Positions 28,129 to 37,951 of a stretch of 64,000 bases of DNA are shown here, piece by piece. The stretch covers positions 190,527-254,526 of the forward strand of contig JAKLGJ010000003.1 in the NCBI GenBank assembly GCA_022710715.1, written 5' to 3'. Source of the DNA: Candidatus Omnitrophota bacterium (GTDB lineage: Bacteria > Omnitrophota > Gorgyraeia > Gygaellales > Profunditerraquicolaceae). The notes below the pieces were generated by a model. It was not told the DNA's origin. It saw only the letters and a program-made list of their open reading frames with translations, and did no database searches. Both the position numbers and the translations under genes were made by a program. How positions within the stretch are numbered: position 1 is the stretch's first letter; each line of letters begins with the position of its first letter.

Positions 28129-29842
28129 TGAGTTGATGAAAAAGCTCGTCCACGGTAAACGGACGGCCGTCGTATTTGAGGATCGAATCGCTGACTTTGA
28201 TCCCGGTTTCCCTGCGCAGCAGTTTCGCCAGTTGCGCGCCGGCGTTATTTTCCACGGTCACGATCCGGCGCGCGTCGTTGAGCAGATACGCCATTTCCTG
28301 CGCGGGGAACGGCCAGACCTGCGGCAGATGAATGAAACCCACGCGCTCCCGGCCGGAACCGCCGGCATGAGCGGCTTCTTTCATCACCCCGTATACCGAA
28401 CCGCACCCGATGAGGATAACGTGCGCTCCGGCGATATTCTCGCTGACCGGCTTTACCGCTTCCTGCGACAATAAACGCATGCGCTTATGATAGCGCTTCT
28501 CCACCATGCGCACGCGCATCAAAGCGTCTTCGGTGATATGCCCTTCTTCATTATGCTCGTCGCTATCCGCGTAAACGGGGTCCGCGACCCAGGATGGGAC
28601 TGCCCGGGGGGAAACGCCGTTCTCGGTCAGCGCGTAGCGTTTATAACCGGCGACTTTTTTCGAGGCTTCGCGGGAAATCAATCCCCGCTCGATTTTTACC
28701 CCGGGATCAAGCGGGGCGATATCCCGTACCGAATCCGCCAGCAGCTGGTCGGACATGATGATGACCGGGACCTGGAATTTTTCCGCGGTATTGAACGCTC
28801 TGGCCGTCAGGGAATATAACTCTTCGACGGTGCCCGGGGTATAGATGACGCGGCCGAATTCCCCGTGACCGGCGGCAAGGATGAAATCCAGATCCGCCTG
28901 CTCGGTGCGGGTCGGGAATCCGGTGGCAGGGCCGGGCCGCTGCGCGTCCAGTATCACCAGCGGGGTCTCGGTCATGCCCGCCAGACTTAACCCCTCGACC
29001 ATCAGGCAGAACCCGCCGCCGGAAGTCGAAGTCATGGACCGCACGCCGGCGAATGAGGCGCCGATGACCATGTTCACCGCGGCGATCTCGTCTTCGGCCT
29101 GCTCGACGATGATGTCGAATTCCTTGGCGCGCGCGGCGATCTCGTTCATCACCCCGGTAGACGGGCTCATGGGATACGCGCTGTAGAATTTACAACCGGC
29201 GCGTATCGCGCCTAACGCCACCGCTTCGCTGCCGCTGACCACCGAACGCTCCCGGGTATCGCCGGGTTCGACCGAATACAATCCGTTTCTTCTCTCCCGC
29301 CCGGCAAATTCGTACCCGGACCGGGCGCAGGCGATGTTTATGTCGACGATCTCCGGAGACTTATCGCTGAACGTACCGCGCAACGCTTTTTCCACGCAGG
29401 AAACATCCAGCTCCATGATCCCCGCGATCATTCCGCAGGCTACCGCGTTGACAAAAATATCCTTGCCCCCTTTTTCCATCGCCAGATCGTATAAAGGCGC
29501 GTCGAGGATCGCCCCGGGCACCGTCTCCGGCAGGTTTACCGGCCCGAATTTCTTCTGATCCGCGATAAGCAGACCGTCCGCGGCCAGCGCGGAAGCGTGC
29601 AATGCGGGACTGGCCTTATCCAGGCAGACGATGATCTCGCACCGGGAGCGCGCGGCGTACACGGGTCTGGAGGAAATACGTATCTGGAAAAAATTGTTTC
29701 CGCCGCGGATGCGGGACATGAAATCCTGATGCGCGAAAAGGCGCAGGTGGGCGTTCTGGCACATGAGGGACAGGACCTGGCCGATGGTTTGAGTGCCCTG
29801 CCCGGCTTCCCCGCAAATACGGATGGAGAGTTCGCTAACCAT
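28121..29842 (-). CDS. korA: 2-oxoacid:ferredoxin oxidoreductase, fused gamma-alpha subunit.
   Basis: N-terminal POR catalytic (gamma) domain GEAGQGTQT plus an alpha domain. Start trimmed to MVSELS with GAGGT RBS. Confidence 0.75.
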   Translation of the reverse strand: MVSELSIRICGEAGQGTQTIGQVLSLMCQNAHLRLFAHQDFMSRIRGGNNFFQIRISSRPVYAARSRCEIIVCLDKASPALHASALAADGLLIADQKKFGPVNLPETVPGAILDAPLYDLAMEKGGKDIFVNAVACGMIAGIMELDVSCVEKALRGTFSDKSPEIVDINIACARSGYEFAGRERRNGLYSVEPGDTRERSVVSGSEAVALGAIRAGCKFYSAYPMSPSTGVMNEIAARAKEFDIIVEQAEDEIAAVNMVIGASFAGVRSMTSTSGGGFCLMVEGLSLAGMTETPLVILDAQRPGPATGFPTRTEQADLDFILAAGHGEFGRVIYTPGTVEELYSLTARAFNTAEKFQVPVIIMSDQLLADSVRDIAPLDPGVKIERGLISREASKKVAGYKRYALTENGVSPRAVPSWVADPVYADSDEHNEEGHITEDALMRVRMVEKRYHKRMRLLSQEAVKPVSENIAGAHVILIGCGSVYGVMKEAAHAGGSGRERVGFIHLPQVWPFPAQEMAYLLNDARRIVTVENNAGAQLAKLLRRETGIKVSDSILKYDGRPFTVDELFHQLIA

Positions 29843-29849
29843 GATCTTA

Positions 29850-30575
29850 TTATACCTCTTTTTCAGGCAAAGGGGAAACCCTGCGTTTGCGCGCCAGCGC
29901 ATAGATTGCCACCGGCAGCGCTATCGCAACGAAAGCCGCGGCGGCAACTATGATGAACCCCGGCGAAAACAGCTCATGGTACGAATGAACCTCGCCCAGC
30001 CGGCTGCCGAAGTACGCCGAGATAAAAGCCCAGGGAATGCTCCCCAGCAGCGTGGCCCAGAAATAATCCCTGAAGCGCACTTCCAGCAGGCCGCAGCCGT
30101 AATTCAGCACTTCGTAGGGAACCAGGGGAATGAGCCGGCAGACCAGCACGGTGATGAATCCGCGCTGCTTCAGGGTCTGGTCGAGTTTTTTGAGTTTGCC
30201 CTTGAGCATTTTTTCGACGAAAGAACGGCCGGCGTAGCGCGCGATGAAAAATGTGCAGCTCGAACCTGTCACTGCGCCCAGGAGCAGACATGCCGCGCCC
30301 CGGAGCGGGCCGAAAGCCAGGCCGGCTGCCAAAGAAAGCATGCCGATAGGCGGCAGGATGGAAATGGTGTTGAGTGCATACGCCAGCACGAAGACCGCCA
30401 TGGCGCCGTGGCCGAATTGCCGCAGGTAAACGCGCAGGGCTGCGGGATTGAGCTGATGGATCTGCGGCCAGAAGCGGCGGATCAACCACCAGGCAAGCAG
30501 GACGCAGCCGGCCAGAAGCGCCAGTTTAGCGACGAACGCGAGCGTTTTTCGATTTCCGAAACGGGAAGCGGTCAT
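29850..30575 (-). CDS. TVP38/TMEM64 (DedA-superfamily) membrane protein.
   Basis: Typical TVP38 motif region GxxxGxxxxF...RLIPxxP. Confidence 0.6.
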   Translation of the reverse strand: MTASRFGNRKTLAFVAKLALLAGCVLLAWWLIRRFWPQIHQLNPAALRVYLRQFGHGAMAVFVLAYALNTISILPPIGMLSLAAGLAFGPLRGAACLLLGAVTGSSCTFFIARYAGRSFVEKMLKGKLKKLDQTLKQRGFITVLVCRLIPLVPYEVLNYGCGLLEVRFRDYFWATLLGSIPWAFISAYFGSRLGEVHSYHELFSPGFIIVAAAAFVAIALPVAIYALARKRRVSPLPEKEV

Positions 30576-30582
30576 GTATGTT

Positions 30583-31458
30583 TTACCGGTAGATGATAAG
30601 GATACAGGCGGACAGCCACAGGGCCAGGTTGATCTGGATGGCCCGGTCCGCGAGCAGGATGCGCGTGGGATCTCCCTCCTGCGCTTCCAGCCGGGTCAGG
30701 TACAGATAGCGGAATAAGCCGAAAAAGACAAAGGGGATGGTGACGATCATCCAGTGCGAACCGATGCGGCGCACGGTTTCGTTGTCGATGGTATACAGCA
30801 CATAGACGACCGCGATCGCGGCGGCGGCGATGGTGATCATCTGCTCCAGCAGAGGCAGGTCGTACTGCTCGAGCACCGAACGGTGATGCTGATCTTTTTC
30901 TTTCAGCAAGCGCATCTCCTGCTTGCGCTTGATAAAACCCAGGAACGATGCCAGCAGTACGGTCAACAAAAGTATCCAGACGGAAACCGCGACCTGGGCC
31001 ACGATCGCGCCGGCGATGATGCGCATCAGGAAAAAAATCGCCAGGCAGGCGACATCCAGCAGAAATATTTTTTTCAGCACGGTCGAATAGAGCACATTGA
31101 GCAGGATATACACGACGATGACCAGACCCAGCAGCATGGAGCAGCGAAAAGCCGCTGCCAGGGCGATCAGGGTCAACGCGCTTGCTCCGGCCACTGCCAC
31201 CCGTCTGCGGATCAATCCCGCAGCGATCGGGCGCAGGCGTTTGACCGGATGCACCGCGTCGGCGCGCATATCGATGACGTCATTGACCAGATAGGCCGCG
31301 CTCGAGGCCAGGCAAAAGATCCCGAAAGCCAGACTCGCGTTGATATTCTCCGGAAAACTGAACAGCCTGCCGCCGAATATCAGCGGGCAGAAAACAAAAA
31401 AGTGTTTAACCCATTGCTGGGGGCGCAAAGCGCGTAAGAAATGATAAATGTGCTTCAT
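30583..31458 (-). CDS. UbiA-family prenyltransferase resembling decaprenyl-phosphate phosphoribosyltransferase (DPPR synthase).
   Basis: NDVIDMRADAVHPVKRLRPIAAGLI Asp-rich motif; about 9 TM helices. Confidence 0.6.
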   Translation of the reverse strand: MKHIYHFLRALRPQQWVKHFFVFCPLIFGGRLFSFPENINASLAFGIFCLASSAAYLVNDVIDMRADAVHPVKRLRPIAAGLIRRRVAVAGASALTLIALAAAFRCSMLLGLVIVVYILLNVLYSTVLKKIFLLDVACLAIFFLMRIIAGAIVAQVAVSVWILLLTVLLASFLGFIKRKQEMRLLKEKDQHHRSVLEQYDLPLLEQMITIAAAAIAVVYVLYTIDNETVRRIGSHWMIVTIPFVFFGLFRYLYLTRLEAQEGDPTRILLADRAIQINLALWLSACILIIYR

Positions 31459-33107
31459 CGGTAGATCGCGGTGAGCATGGAGATGAGAGTAAAATTATTG
31501 TATCCCGCCAGGATGATCAACCCCATGCACAGGATACGCAATGCCGTCCGGTGCTTGGCCAAACCCAGGAATACCAGCATCAGGAGCAGCAGCGTAACAT
31601 TGCCGCTGTAGGTGAACAGTTCTGCCCGCCCGTAGGAGTTGACGCCGTAGAAACAATGCAGCAGCACATTGAACCCCAGGCACAGGGATAATCCCGTGAT
31701 CACCGGAGAACCGGATAAGCCGGACACGCCTCCCCGATCGGCAGCTTCGAATTTACTCATCTTATCCGTAACCTGCTGCACATTGACCGCCAGGCCGCTT
31801 GCCAGAGCAGCCAGCCAGAAGATCAAAGCGGACATTCCCAGCGAGCCGAAATACCATCCGGAGGAAAATGACAGCGCCGGATATATCCGGCCGGGCGCGA
31901 GCAGGATATCCGGAACAGGCGCGACCACATTGAAGATGAACAACTGGCGGATGACGTGTTTAAATGTCTCCCAGGGCTGCTGGAAGAGAAATCCCGACGC
32001 GAATCCCTGCTCGCCCAGGATCTTCCAGGAAACAAAGATCTCGCTCGACGAGTAGATCAGCTTCTGCGCCAGTGACAAAAACAGGCTGATACCGAATACC
32101 GCGGCTGCCCAGAGCAGTGCGCGCGCCAGGCGATGTTCCTTTTTATCTACCGCCAGCGCGACAGCCAGACAGATCCCGGTCTGCATGAGATTGGTTACAG
32201 TCACGCCGAAGGAAAAAACACCCAGCGCCACCCACAGGGAAAGATTCACCCGGCGGGAGCGCGCCGACTGGAGAAAAACCAGATACGTCGCGGCCAGGCT
32301 GCACACCGCCCAGGCCTGCGTATCCGGCACCGCACCGAAGAACAACTGGCTGAAGGACAGCCCGAAAACCAGCGTTGCCAGGAATGCGTCGAGATAGAAA
32401 GTCACTATCCGGCGGAAGATCAAAAAAGCCAGGACTGTCGCCGCCCCCCCGCATCCGGCAGTCAACACTACTGCCGCGCGCGCCGACGAATGCAGCGCCG
32501 CTGCCAGCGGCACTCCCCAGGGATGTACAAGCAGCGCGAACAACGGATGCACGAACGCGCGATGGAATTGCGGCGCGGCGCCGGCGATAGTATCGATCAC
32601 CTGCGGAGCGTCGAGCTGGAACATCAGGTTCTCCGCGCTCAAAGCCATGCCGCGCTGGAACGCCATCCCGAAATACAGATACACCAGCCAGAATACAACG
32701 CCCGTGCTCACGCAGGCCGCGGCGACAGGCAAAGTGCGCGAGAGGGAAAAAGGCAGCGCGGCATTGAGTTTTCGCAGCAGATTGATCCTCTCCTGCCGGG
32801 CGCATTGTTTGATCGCGGCGAGATTACGGATAAACAGGAACAGATACGCGGCTGCGCCGGTAAAAAGTATGCTGATAAGAAAAAGGTAGGATTGGGTTTT
32901 GCCGTAGTAATACGCGAGCGGATGCGCGCCCCGGTTGTGGAACAACTGCGCCGCCGGACCCGCGCCGGAACCGTCATAGATCTGGCGCACCAGCAGGCGG
33001 CCATAGGAAAAATAAATGATCCACACCAGGAAGAGAAAACCGCCTACGACGCACAGGAATGCCGGCAGGGTCAATTGCCGCGCCGCGGATTTACGTTCGG
33101 TAACCAT
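31455..33107 (-). CDS. Polytopic membrane protein, possibly a GT-C-type glycosyltransferase.
   Basis: About 14 hydrophobic segments with large loops; 4-nt overlap with the UbiA gene. No confident family assignment by eye. Confidence 0.3.
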   Translation of the reverse strand: MVTERKSAARQLTLPAFLCVVGGFLFLVWIIYFSYGRLLVRQIYDGSGAGPAAQLFHNRGAHPLAYYYGKTQSYLFLISILFTGAAAYLFLFIRNLAAIKQCARQERINLLRKLNAALPFSLSRTLPVAAACVSTGVVFWLVYLYFGMAFQRGMALSAENLMFQLDAPQVIDTIAGAAPQFHRAFVHPLFALLVHPWGVPLAAALHSSARAAVVLTAGCGGAATVLAFLIFRRIVTFYLDAFLATLVFGLSFSQLFFGAVPDTQAWAVCSLAATYLVFLQSARSRRVNLSLWVALGVFSFGVTVTNLMQTGICLAVALAVDKKEHRLARALLWAAAVFGISLFLSLAQKLIYSSSEIFVSWKILGEQGFASGFLFQQPWETFKHVIRQLFIFNVVAPVPDILLAPGRIYPALSFSSGWYFGSLGMSALIFWLAALASGLAVNVQQVTDKMSKFEAADRGGVSGLSGSPVITGLSLCLGFNVLLHCFYGVNSYGRAELFTYSGNVTLLLLMLVFLGLAKHRTALRILCMGLIILAGYNNFTLISMLTAIYR

Positions 33108-33216
33108 GCGTCCATTATACCACTAAAAAAGAAAAGAGAGCTCTGATTTTGAACCCTCTTTTGAGAAACGCTGCGCTGCATGAGCCGGATCGGCGTTACC
33201 GCCTCTATTATGCCGA

Positions 33217-33579
33217 TCAGGCAACAGTCACTTTTTTCATTTTGGTGAAATAGATCCCCAGCCGGTGCGAATGATGATCCTCGTTGACCACATTGGAACG
33301 CACCTCGCCCAGAGCTTCCATCGGGCCGGAAAGCTTGACCACGTCATTATCCACTTTGAGCAGAGTGAAACGCATGGACAGGATAGTGGAAATAGGAATA
33401 TCTTTATCCGTCAATAAAGCCATCCCGGTCTGGCTGATATCGAGCATCTGGGCCTGGATATCCTGGCCGCCGAGCATGACTTTGGTGGTAGACGGTTCAT
33501 TGGTCCGGTAGACTACCGTGCAGTTCATGCGCATGCGTTTGCTGGTTCGACGGTCCGTGCCGGAAAAAATTCTGTTCAT
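33217..33579 (-). CDS. PilZ-domain (c-di-GMP-binding) protein.
   Basis: RRxxxR-like DRRTSKRMR and DxSxxG-like DISQTGMAL motifs. Start at MNRIFS with AAAGGAG RBS. Confidence 0.55.
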   Translation of the reverse strand: MNRIFSGTDRRTSKRMRMNCTVVYRTNEPSTTKVMLGGQDIQAQMLDISQTGMALLTDKDIPISTILSMRFTLLKVDNDVVKLSGPMEALGEVRSNVVNEDHHSHRLGIYFTKMKKVTVA

Positions 33580-33882
33580 AATAAGCGCTCCTTTCGCAGC
33601 GGGCGAAACTGTCGCCACGGGGCGTATGCCGGCGCAATGCACGTTAGCGCCGGGCACTATTTGCTGTAGAGACAATAGTCCTTACATTGAAAATAAGCAT
33701 TATCTATACCAAACTCGCGCCTGGCAGAAAATATAATCAGCAAGTATATGAATTATAAAGTGTTATATCAAAAAATCGGCGAGGCTAAATTAAAAGGATT
33801 TACGCGAAAAAGCCGGAAAAGTTGAATCCCGGCTACACCCTGTTGATTTATCCAAACAAGGGGACATTTAGGTGCGACACCG

Positions 33883-34116
33883 CTACATCTGGGTGATGGC
33901 TTCCTGGATCATGGGCATGATCCCTTCGATCTCTTCTTTAGTCAGCCTGCCGAGTTTGGCAAAACGGTAGTTGCCTTCCTGATCCTGATTTTCGCGCACG
34001 ATCTGAAGCTTCTTGGGGCCGTTATTATAGGAATACACGCTGACCACGATTTTCTGGTTCTCTTTGGTCCAGGCCTTGGAAAACAGTTGTTCGTCAAGAT
34101 TGCTATCGTAAGGCAT
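33883..34116 (-). CDS. Small PC4/YdbC-like ssDNA-binding protein.
   Basis: AWTKENQKIVVSVYSYNNGPKKLQIVRENQDQEGNYRFAKLGRLTKEEIEGI pattern resembles bacterial YdbC. Confidence 0.4.
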   Translation of the reverse strand: MPYDSNLDEQLFSKAWTKENQKIVVSVYSYNNGPKKLQIVRENQDQEGNYRFAKLGRLTKEEIEGIMPMIQEAITQM

Positions 34117-34147
34117 GCTCTCCTCCTCTTAGTAATACTTTGCTTGT

Positions 34148-34176
34148 ATTATACCTCTGCCGGCTGAAAAAAGCAA
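34148..34176 (-). promoter_or_regulatory. Sigma70-type promoter for the PC4-like gene: -35 TTGCTT, 17 bp spacer, -10 TATAAT, with RBS AGGAGGAG downstream.
   Basis: Read on the minus strand. Confidence 0.45.
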
Positions 34177-34201
34177 GAGGCTGGGCGTTTAACCCAGCCT
34201 C
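34177..34201. terminator. Bidirectional intrinsic terminator. 9-bp stem GAGGCTGGG / CCCAGCCTC, 7-nt loop, T-tracts on both strands (TTGCTTTTTT on minus, TTTTTC on plus).
   Basis: Perfect inverted repeat. Sits after cheW and REP copy H. Confidence 0.6.
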
Positions 34202-34205
34202 TTTT

Positions 34206-34286
34206 TCAAAAGGGGACACAGCAAATTTCAAAGGGGACACATCTGTCCGATTTTCTCGACGAGCCCCAAGGGGTGGACCTGTCCCC
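34206..34286 (-). repeat. REP-like element copy H, overlapping the cheW stop codon.
   Basis: Near-identical to copy G. Confidence 0.8.
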
Positions 34287-34780
34287 TATGCGAGGAGTTC
34301 GGCGGCGAGCGAGACGTCTTCGGTCAGGACTTTGTCGATGTCGAGCAGGATCTTGACCTTGTCGCCGATCTTACCCATGCCGGTGATAAAATCCGTGTGC
34401 ACTTTGTTGCCGAAACTCGGCGCCGGCTCGATATTGTCCTGGGATATATCCAGCACCTCGCACACCCGGTCGACGGCGATGCCCATAAGCGAATTGTTGA
34501 CGTTGAGCACGATGATGCAGGTCTCGTTGGTATAATCGTGCTTAGGCATCCCGAATTTCAAACGCAGGTCGATCACCGGGATCACTTTTCCGCGCAGGTT
34601 GATCACGCCTTTAACGTAATCCGGCACCTGGGGGACCGCAGTGATCTCCATCAGCCCGATGATCTCGCGCACTCCCAGGATCTCCAGGCCGTACTCTTCA
34701 TGTCCCAGGGCGAAGGTGAGGTATTTTCCTTCCTTAGCCAGGGCCTGAACCATAGTATTGGATTTCTCATTGCTTGGCAT
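34286..34780 (-). CDS. cheW: Chemotaxis coupling protein CheW.
   Basis: CheW-like domain LTFALGHEEYGLEILGVREII...VINLRGKVIPVIDLR. Confidence 0.85.
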   Translation of the reverse strand: MPSNEKSNTMVQALAKEGKYLTFALGHEEYGLEILGVREIIGLMEITAVPQVPDYVKGVINLRGKVIPVIDLRLKFGMPKHDYTNETCIIVLNVNNSLMGIAVDRVCEVLDISQDNIEPAPSFGNKVHTDFITGMGKIGDKVKILLDIDKVLTEDVSLAAELLA

Positions 34781-34797
34781 GTATTCCCTCCCCAGGA

Positions 34798-36450
34798 TTA
34801 GAAGCCTTTAAAGTTTTTGTCGTCGTCCAAAGGAATAACTTCTTCCGGCTTGAGCACCTTCGGCGATTGTTTGACATCGGCTGTCTTGGTAGTTACGCCT
34901 GCCGTCAAAGGTATATGCGCCTGTTTCTTGCCCGCGGCTGCCGCAAGCTTCTGCGGATGAGCGGCCGACAGTCTGCGCTCGACGGGATGCGCCGCCTGAT
35001 GAGTGGTTACCAGGGTGGCGTTGGCTCCGTCTACGACCTTACGCAGTTCCTGCACCATACCGCGCAGCGCGTCTGCTTGAGATGCAAGCTCTTCGGATGC
35101 GGATGCAGATTCTTCGGCCGCTGAAGCGTTCTGCTGGGTAACCTGATCCATCTGGGATACCGCGTTGGTAACCTGACCGATGCCCTCCGCCTGTTCTTTA
35201 CTGGCAGCGGCGATCTCGGAAACGATATCCGCGACTTTTTTGGAACTGTCGGTAATGCTCTTTAGGGAATCGCCGGCCTTCTTGACGATATCCGTTCCGG
35301 CCTTGACTTTGTTGATGCTGTCTTCGATCAAACTGGCGGTATCTTTGGCGGATTCCGCAGATCTGCGGGCCAGGTTACGCACTTCTTCGGCGACCACAGC
35401 GAACCCTTTGCCATGCTCCCCTGCGCGCGCCGCTTCCACTGCCGCATTCAACGCCAGAAGGTTGGTCTGGAAAGCGATCTCTTCTATGGTTTTGATAATC
35501 TTGGAAATCTTATCCGACGATTCGTTGATCTCGCCCATTGCCGACTGCATTTCCGACATGGCGGAATTACCCTGCTCCGCGGAAGATTTCGCTTCTGCGG
35601 CAAGCTGGTTGGCTTTGGAAGCGTTGTCCGCGTTCTGTTTGGTCATCGAGGACATTTCGTCCAGGGAACTGGACGTCTCTTCCAGCGAGGCCGCCTGTTC
35701 GGTAGCGCCCTGGGAAAGCTGTTGCGAAGCCGAAGACACCTGGTTGGCCGCCGAAGCGGTCTGCTCTGCGCCGTCGTTGAGGCTGTTGACGATGCGGTTG
35801 ATCGGACGGGTTATAGCCAGGGTCAGCGCCACGCCGATAAAAATAGCCAGCGCCAGGCCGATAATGATGAAGCTGATCATGAGCATCGAAGCTTTATTGC
35901 TCAAGGACGTATTGTCGTCCGACGTTTTCTGGCCGCTTGCGATCATCAGATCGATGAGTTTTTCCATTCTCTGCTGCTCGACTTCCGCGGTCGTTTTCGC
36001 GTCGCCTACCAGAAGGACATTGAACTCGTCCTCTTTTCCCGCGCGCTTGAGGCTGACCAGCTTATCCAGGTTGGCGCGATAGGCTTTGCGGGAATCCACA
36101 AAATCCTGATTGGCTTTTTTGAGCTCTTCCGTATTGATGGATTGCTCGAGCCGCTCGACGCTTTTGCTGATGACGGCGGAAAAGCCTTTGATCTGCGTGT
36201 CGAATTTGACGATTTCTTCATCGGTTTTAGCTTTGGCCATGTCCCGGATGGCAATGCGCACATTCAAAAAAGCGGACGAGATTTTCTGTAATTCGGCGAT
36301 GGGGATAGTGATATCTTTATAGAGAAGCGCACCGGCTTTGTCTATTTTCTTGATGTTTACCACGCCGACCATACCTATCGCCAACGCGACCAGCGCCACT
36401 ATTAGGAAGCCACCCAGCAATTTCACACCGAGTTTCATGTTCTTAAGCAT
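34798..36450 (-). CDS. Methyl-accepting chemotaxis protein (4HB sensor, TM, HAMP, MA domain).
   Basis: Highly conserved signalling hairpin ...[35 protein letters not shown]. Start set to ATG 36450 with AGGAGG. Confidence 0.85.
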   Translation of the reverse strand: MLKNMKLGVKLLGGFLIVALVALAIGMVGVVNIKKIDKAGALLYKDITIPIAELQKISSAFLNVRIAIRDMAKAKTDEEIVKFDTQIKGFSAVISKSVERLEQSINTEELKKANQDFVDSRKAYRANLDKLVSLKRAGKEDEFNVLLVGDAKTTAEVEQQRMEKLIDLMIASGQKTSDDNTSLSNKASMLMISFIIIGLALAIFIGVALTLAITRPINRIVNSLNDGAEQTASAANQVSSASQQLSQGATEQAASLEETSSSLDEMSSMTKQNADNASKANQLAAEAKSSAEQGNSAMSEMQSAMGEINESSDKISKIIKTIEEIAFQTNLLALNAAVEAARAGEHGKGFAVVAEEVRNLARRSAESAKDTASLIEDSINKVKAGTDIVKKAGDSLKSITDSSKKVADIVSEIAAASKEQAEGIGQVTNAVSQMDQVTQQNASAAEESASASEELASQADALRGMVQELRKVVDGANATLVTTHQAAHPVERRLSAAHPQKLAAAAGKKQAHIPLTAGVTTKTADVKQSPKVLKPEEVIPLDDDKNFKGF

Positions 36451-36606
36451 GCCGTTCCTCCTTAGACGTTGAATAAACAGAGGCATTTTTCCTCAATACC
36501 TCCGATATACATTGTACTTATCGGTTAGCGAAGGCAATACTTTAGAGTAATTTTAAAATAAATCATGGCGAGCATTGCAGCAAAGCAGGCGGGGTCAAAC
36601 GGCGGA

Positions 36607-37086
36607 TTACGATTTTCTCGAAGCGGAAGCGTTCTTTTTCTTAAGTTTATCTCGCTGAATCTGCAACTGCGACTCCAGCCGGCGCAGGCGCTCTTCCGGC
36701 CGCGCGTAGCCGAGCATTCTGCACAGAGCGTAATTGGCATAGGCGACCGCGCCGGACAGATCCAGAAGCGCAACGATGTTAAGGCAGGCTTCGGCGGCTG
36801 CATGGTAGAGACGCAGCGCGTCCCGGTCTTTCCGGGTCTGGGCGACGTTCTGCACAAGCATGAAGGTAACGGACTGCCCCTCCCATACGCAGGAATCGGC
36901 TTTAATGATCACCGGCAGACAGTGCTGCCCTTTCGGCTTCATCAGCGCTTCCGAGGCGCCTTGAAAGGCCTGCTGGAGCAACTGGTTGAAATCATGCGCT
37001 TCGAAAAGGAATGAGATATGCAGATTGGCGAGTTCGGCAGGTTTGTATCCGAACAGATGGGTCAGGAACCGGTTGGCGAAAAGGAT
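36607..37086 (-). pseudogene. N-terminally truncated PAS-domain protein fragment.
   Basis: In-frame extension upstream of the track ORF reads AGKILFANRFLTHLFGYKPAELANLHISFLFEAHDFNQLLQ (PAS core) and is bounded by a TGA with no start codon. The track start is a TTG. Confidence 0.45.
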
Positions 37087-37138
37087 CTTCCCGGCTCATG
37101 GCTTATTGTACAAAAATTCTCTTCGCCGCACAAGCGAA

Positions 37139-37951
37139 TTATTCCGGCTGCGTAGCCGTTACGCCGGGCTGGGGAGCGACGCGCAGATTGGGGTAGAGCA
37201 CGACGATACTGATGCGGCGGTTACGGGGATCTTCGGGATCGGCTTTGATCACCGGGCGGGTCGCGGCAAAACCCGCGACCATGCTGATGCGCCGGATGTC
37301 CAGACCGGATTTCTCCAGCTCCAGCCTGGCCGACGAAGCGCGGGCGGTGGAAAGCTCCCAGTTAGTGTACACGCTGGAAGGGAATTCCAGCGCGTCGGTA
37401 TGGCCTTCGATCACGAGTTTGTTATCCGTTTCGTTGAGATTCTCGCTCAAGGCCTTGAGGATCACTTTGCTGTTGGGGTTGAGTTCCGAGCTGCCCAGCT
37501 GGAACAGGGGTTTTCCCTGATTGTCCATGATATCGATGCGCACCCCCTCTTCGGTCAGGGTCACCTGCACCTGTTCTTTAAGATCGCCCAGTTTATGTTC
37601 GATGGTTTTTCTCAACTTGTCGCGCAGATCCGAGGCGCTGACCACAAAAGTCAGCCTGGTCTGCGTCGAGGAATGGAATAATCCCGGCTGCTTGCGGTTG
37701 CCCCGCAGATTGCCCTTCTCGTCGAAAATAGTCTGCCCCAGTTTCTGGAATATCGCGCGGTACTTGAAGTACCCGGCGATCTCGGAACGCTTCTCGCCGG
37801 TAAGCATCGTGGTGACCAGCCACATCACCAGAAAAAACGCCATCATCGCGGTCATGAGATCGGCATACGCGACTTTCCAGGCTCCGCCGTGATGGCCGCC
37901 GACCACTTTTTTCACCCGTTTGACGATAATCGGCGCTTTCTGATCGCTCAC
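37139..37951 (-). CDS. motB: Flagellar stator protein MotB (OmpA-like C-terminus).
   Basis: AWKVAYADLMTAMMAFFLVMWLV plug/TM; peptidoglycan-binding domain. Confidence 0.85.
   Translation of the reverse strand: MSDQKAPIIVKRVKKVVGGHHGGAWKVAYADLMTAMMAFFLVMWLVTTMLTGEKRSEIAGYFKYRAIFQKLGQTIFDEKGNLRGNRKQPGLFHSSTQTRLTFVVSASDLRDKLRKTIEHKLGDLKEQVQVTLTEEGVRIDIMDNQGKPLFQLGSSELNPNSKVILKALSENLNETDNKLVIEGHTDALEFPSSVYTNWELSTARASSARLELEKSGLDIRRISMVAGFAATRPVIKADPEDPRNRRISIVVLYPNLRVAPQPGVTATQPE

Noticed and set aside
33840-33880. GGGGACATTTAGGTGCGACACC 3' of the PC4-like gene, as another REP copy
   Set aside because: Only one G4ACA core and little similarity to the rest of the element.
37095-37125. Possible weak terminator after motB (TTCGC-N7-GCGAA then TTTTT)
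   Set aside because: Short stem and spaced U-tract; not convincing without transcript data.
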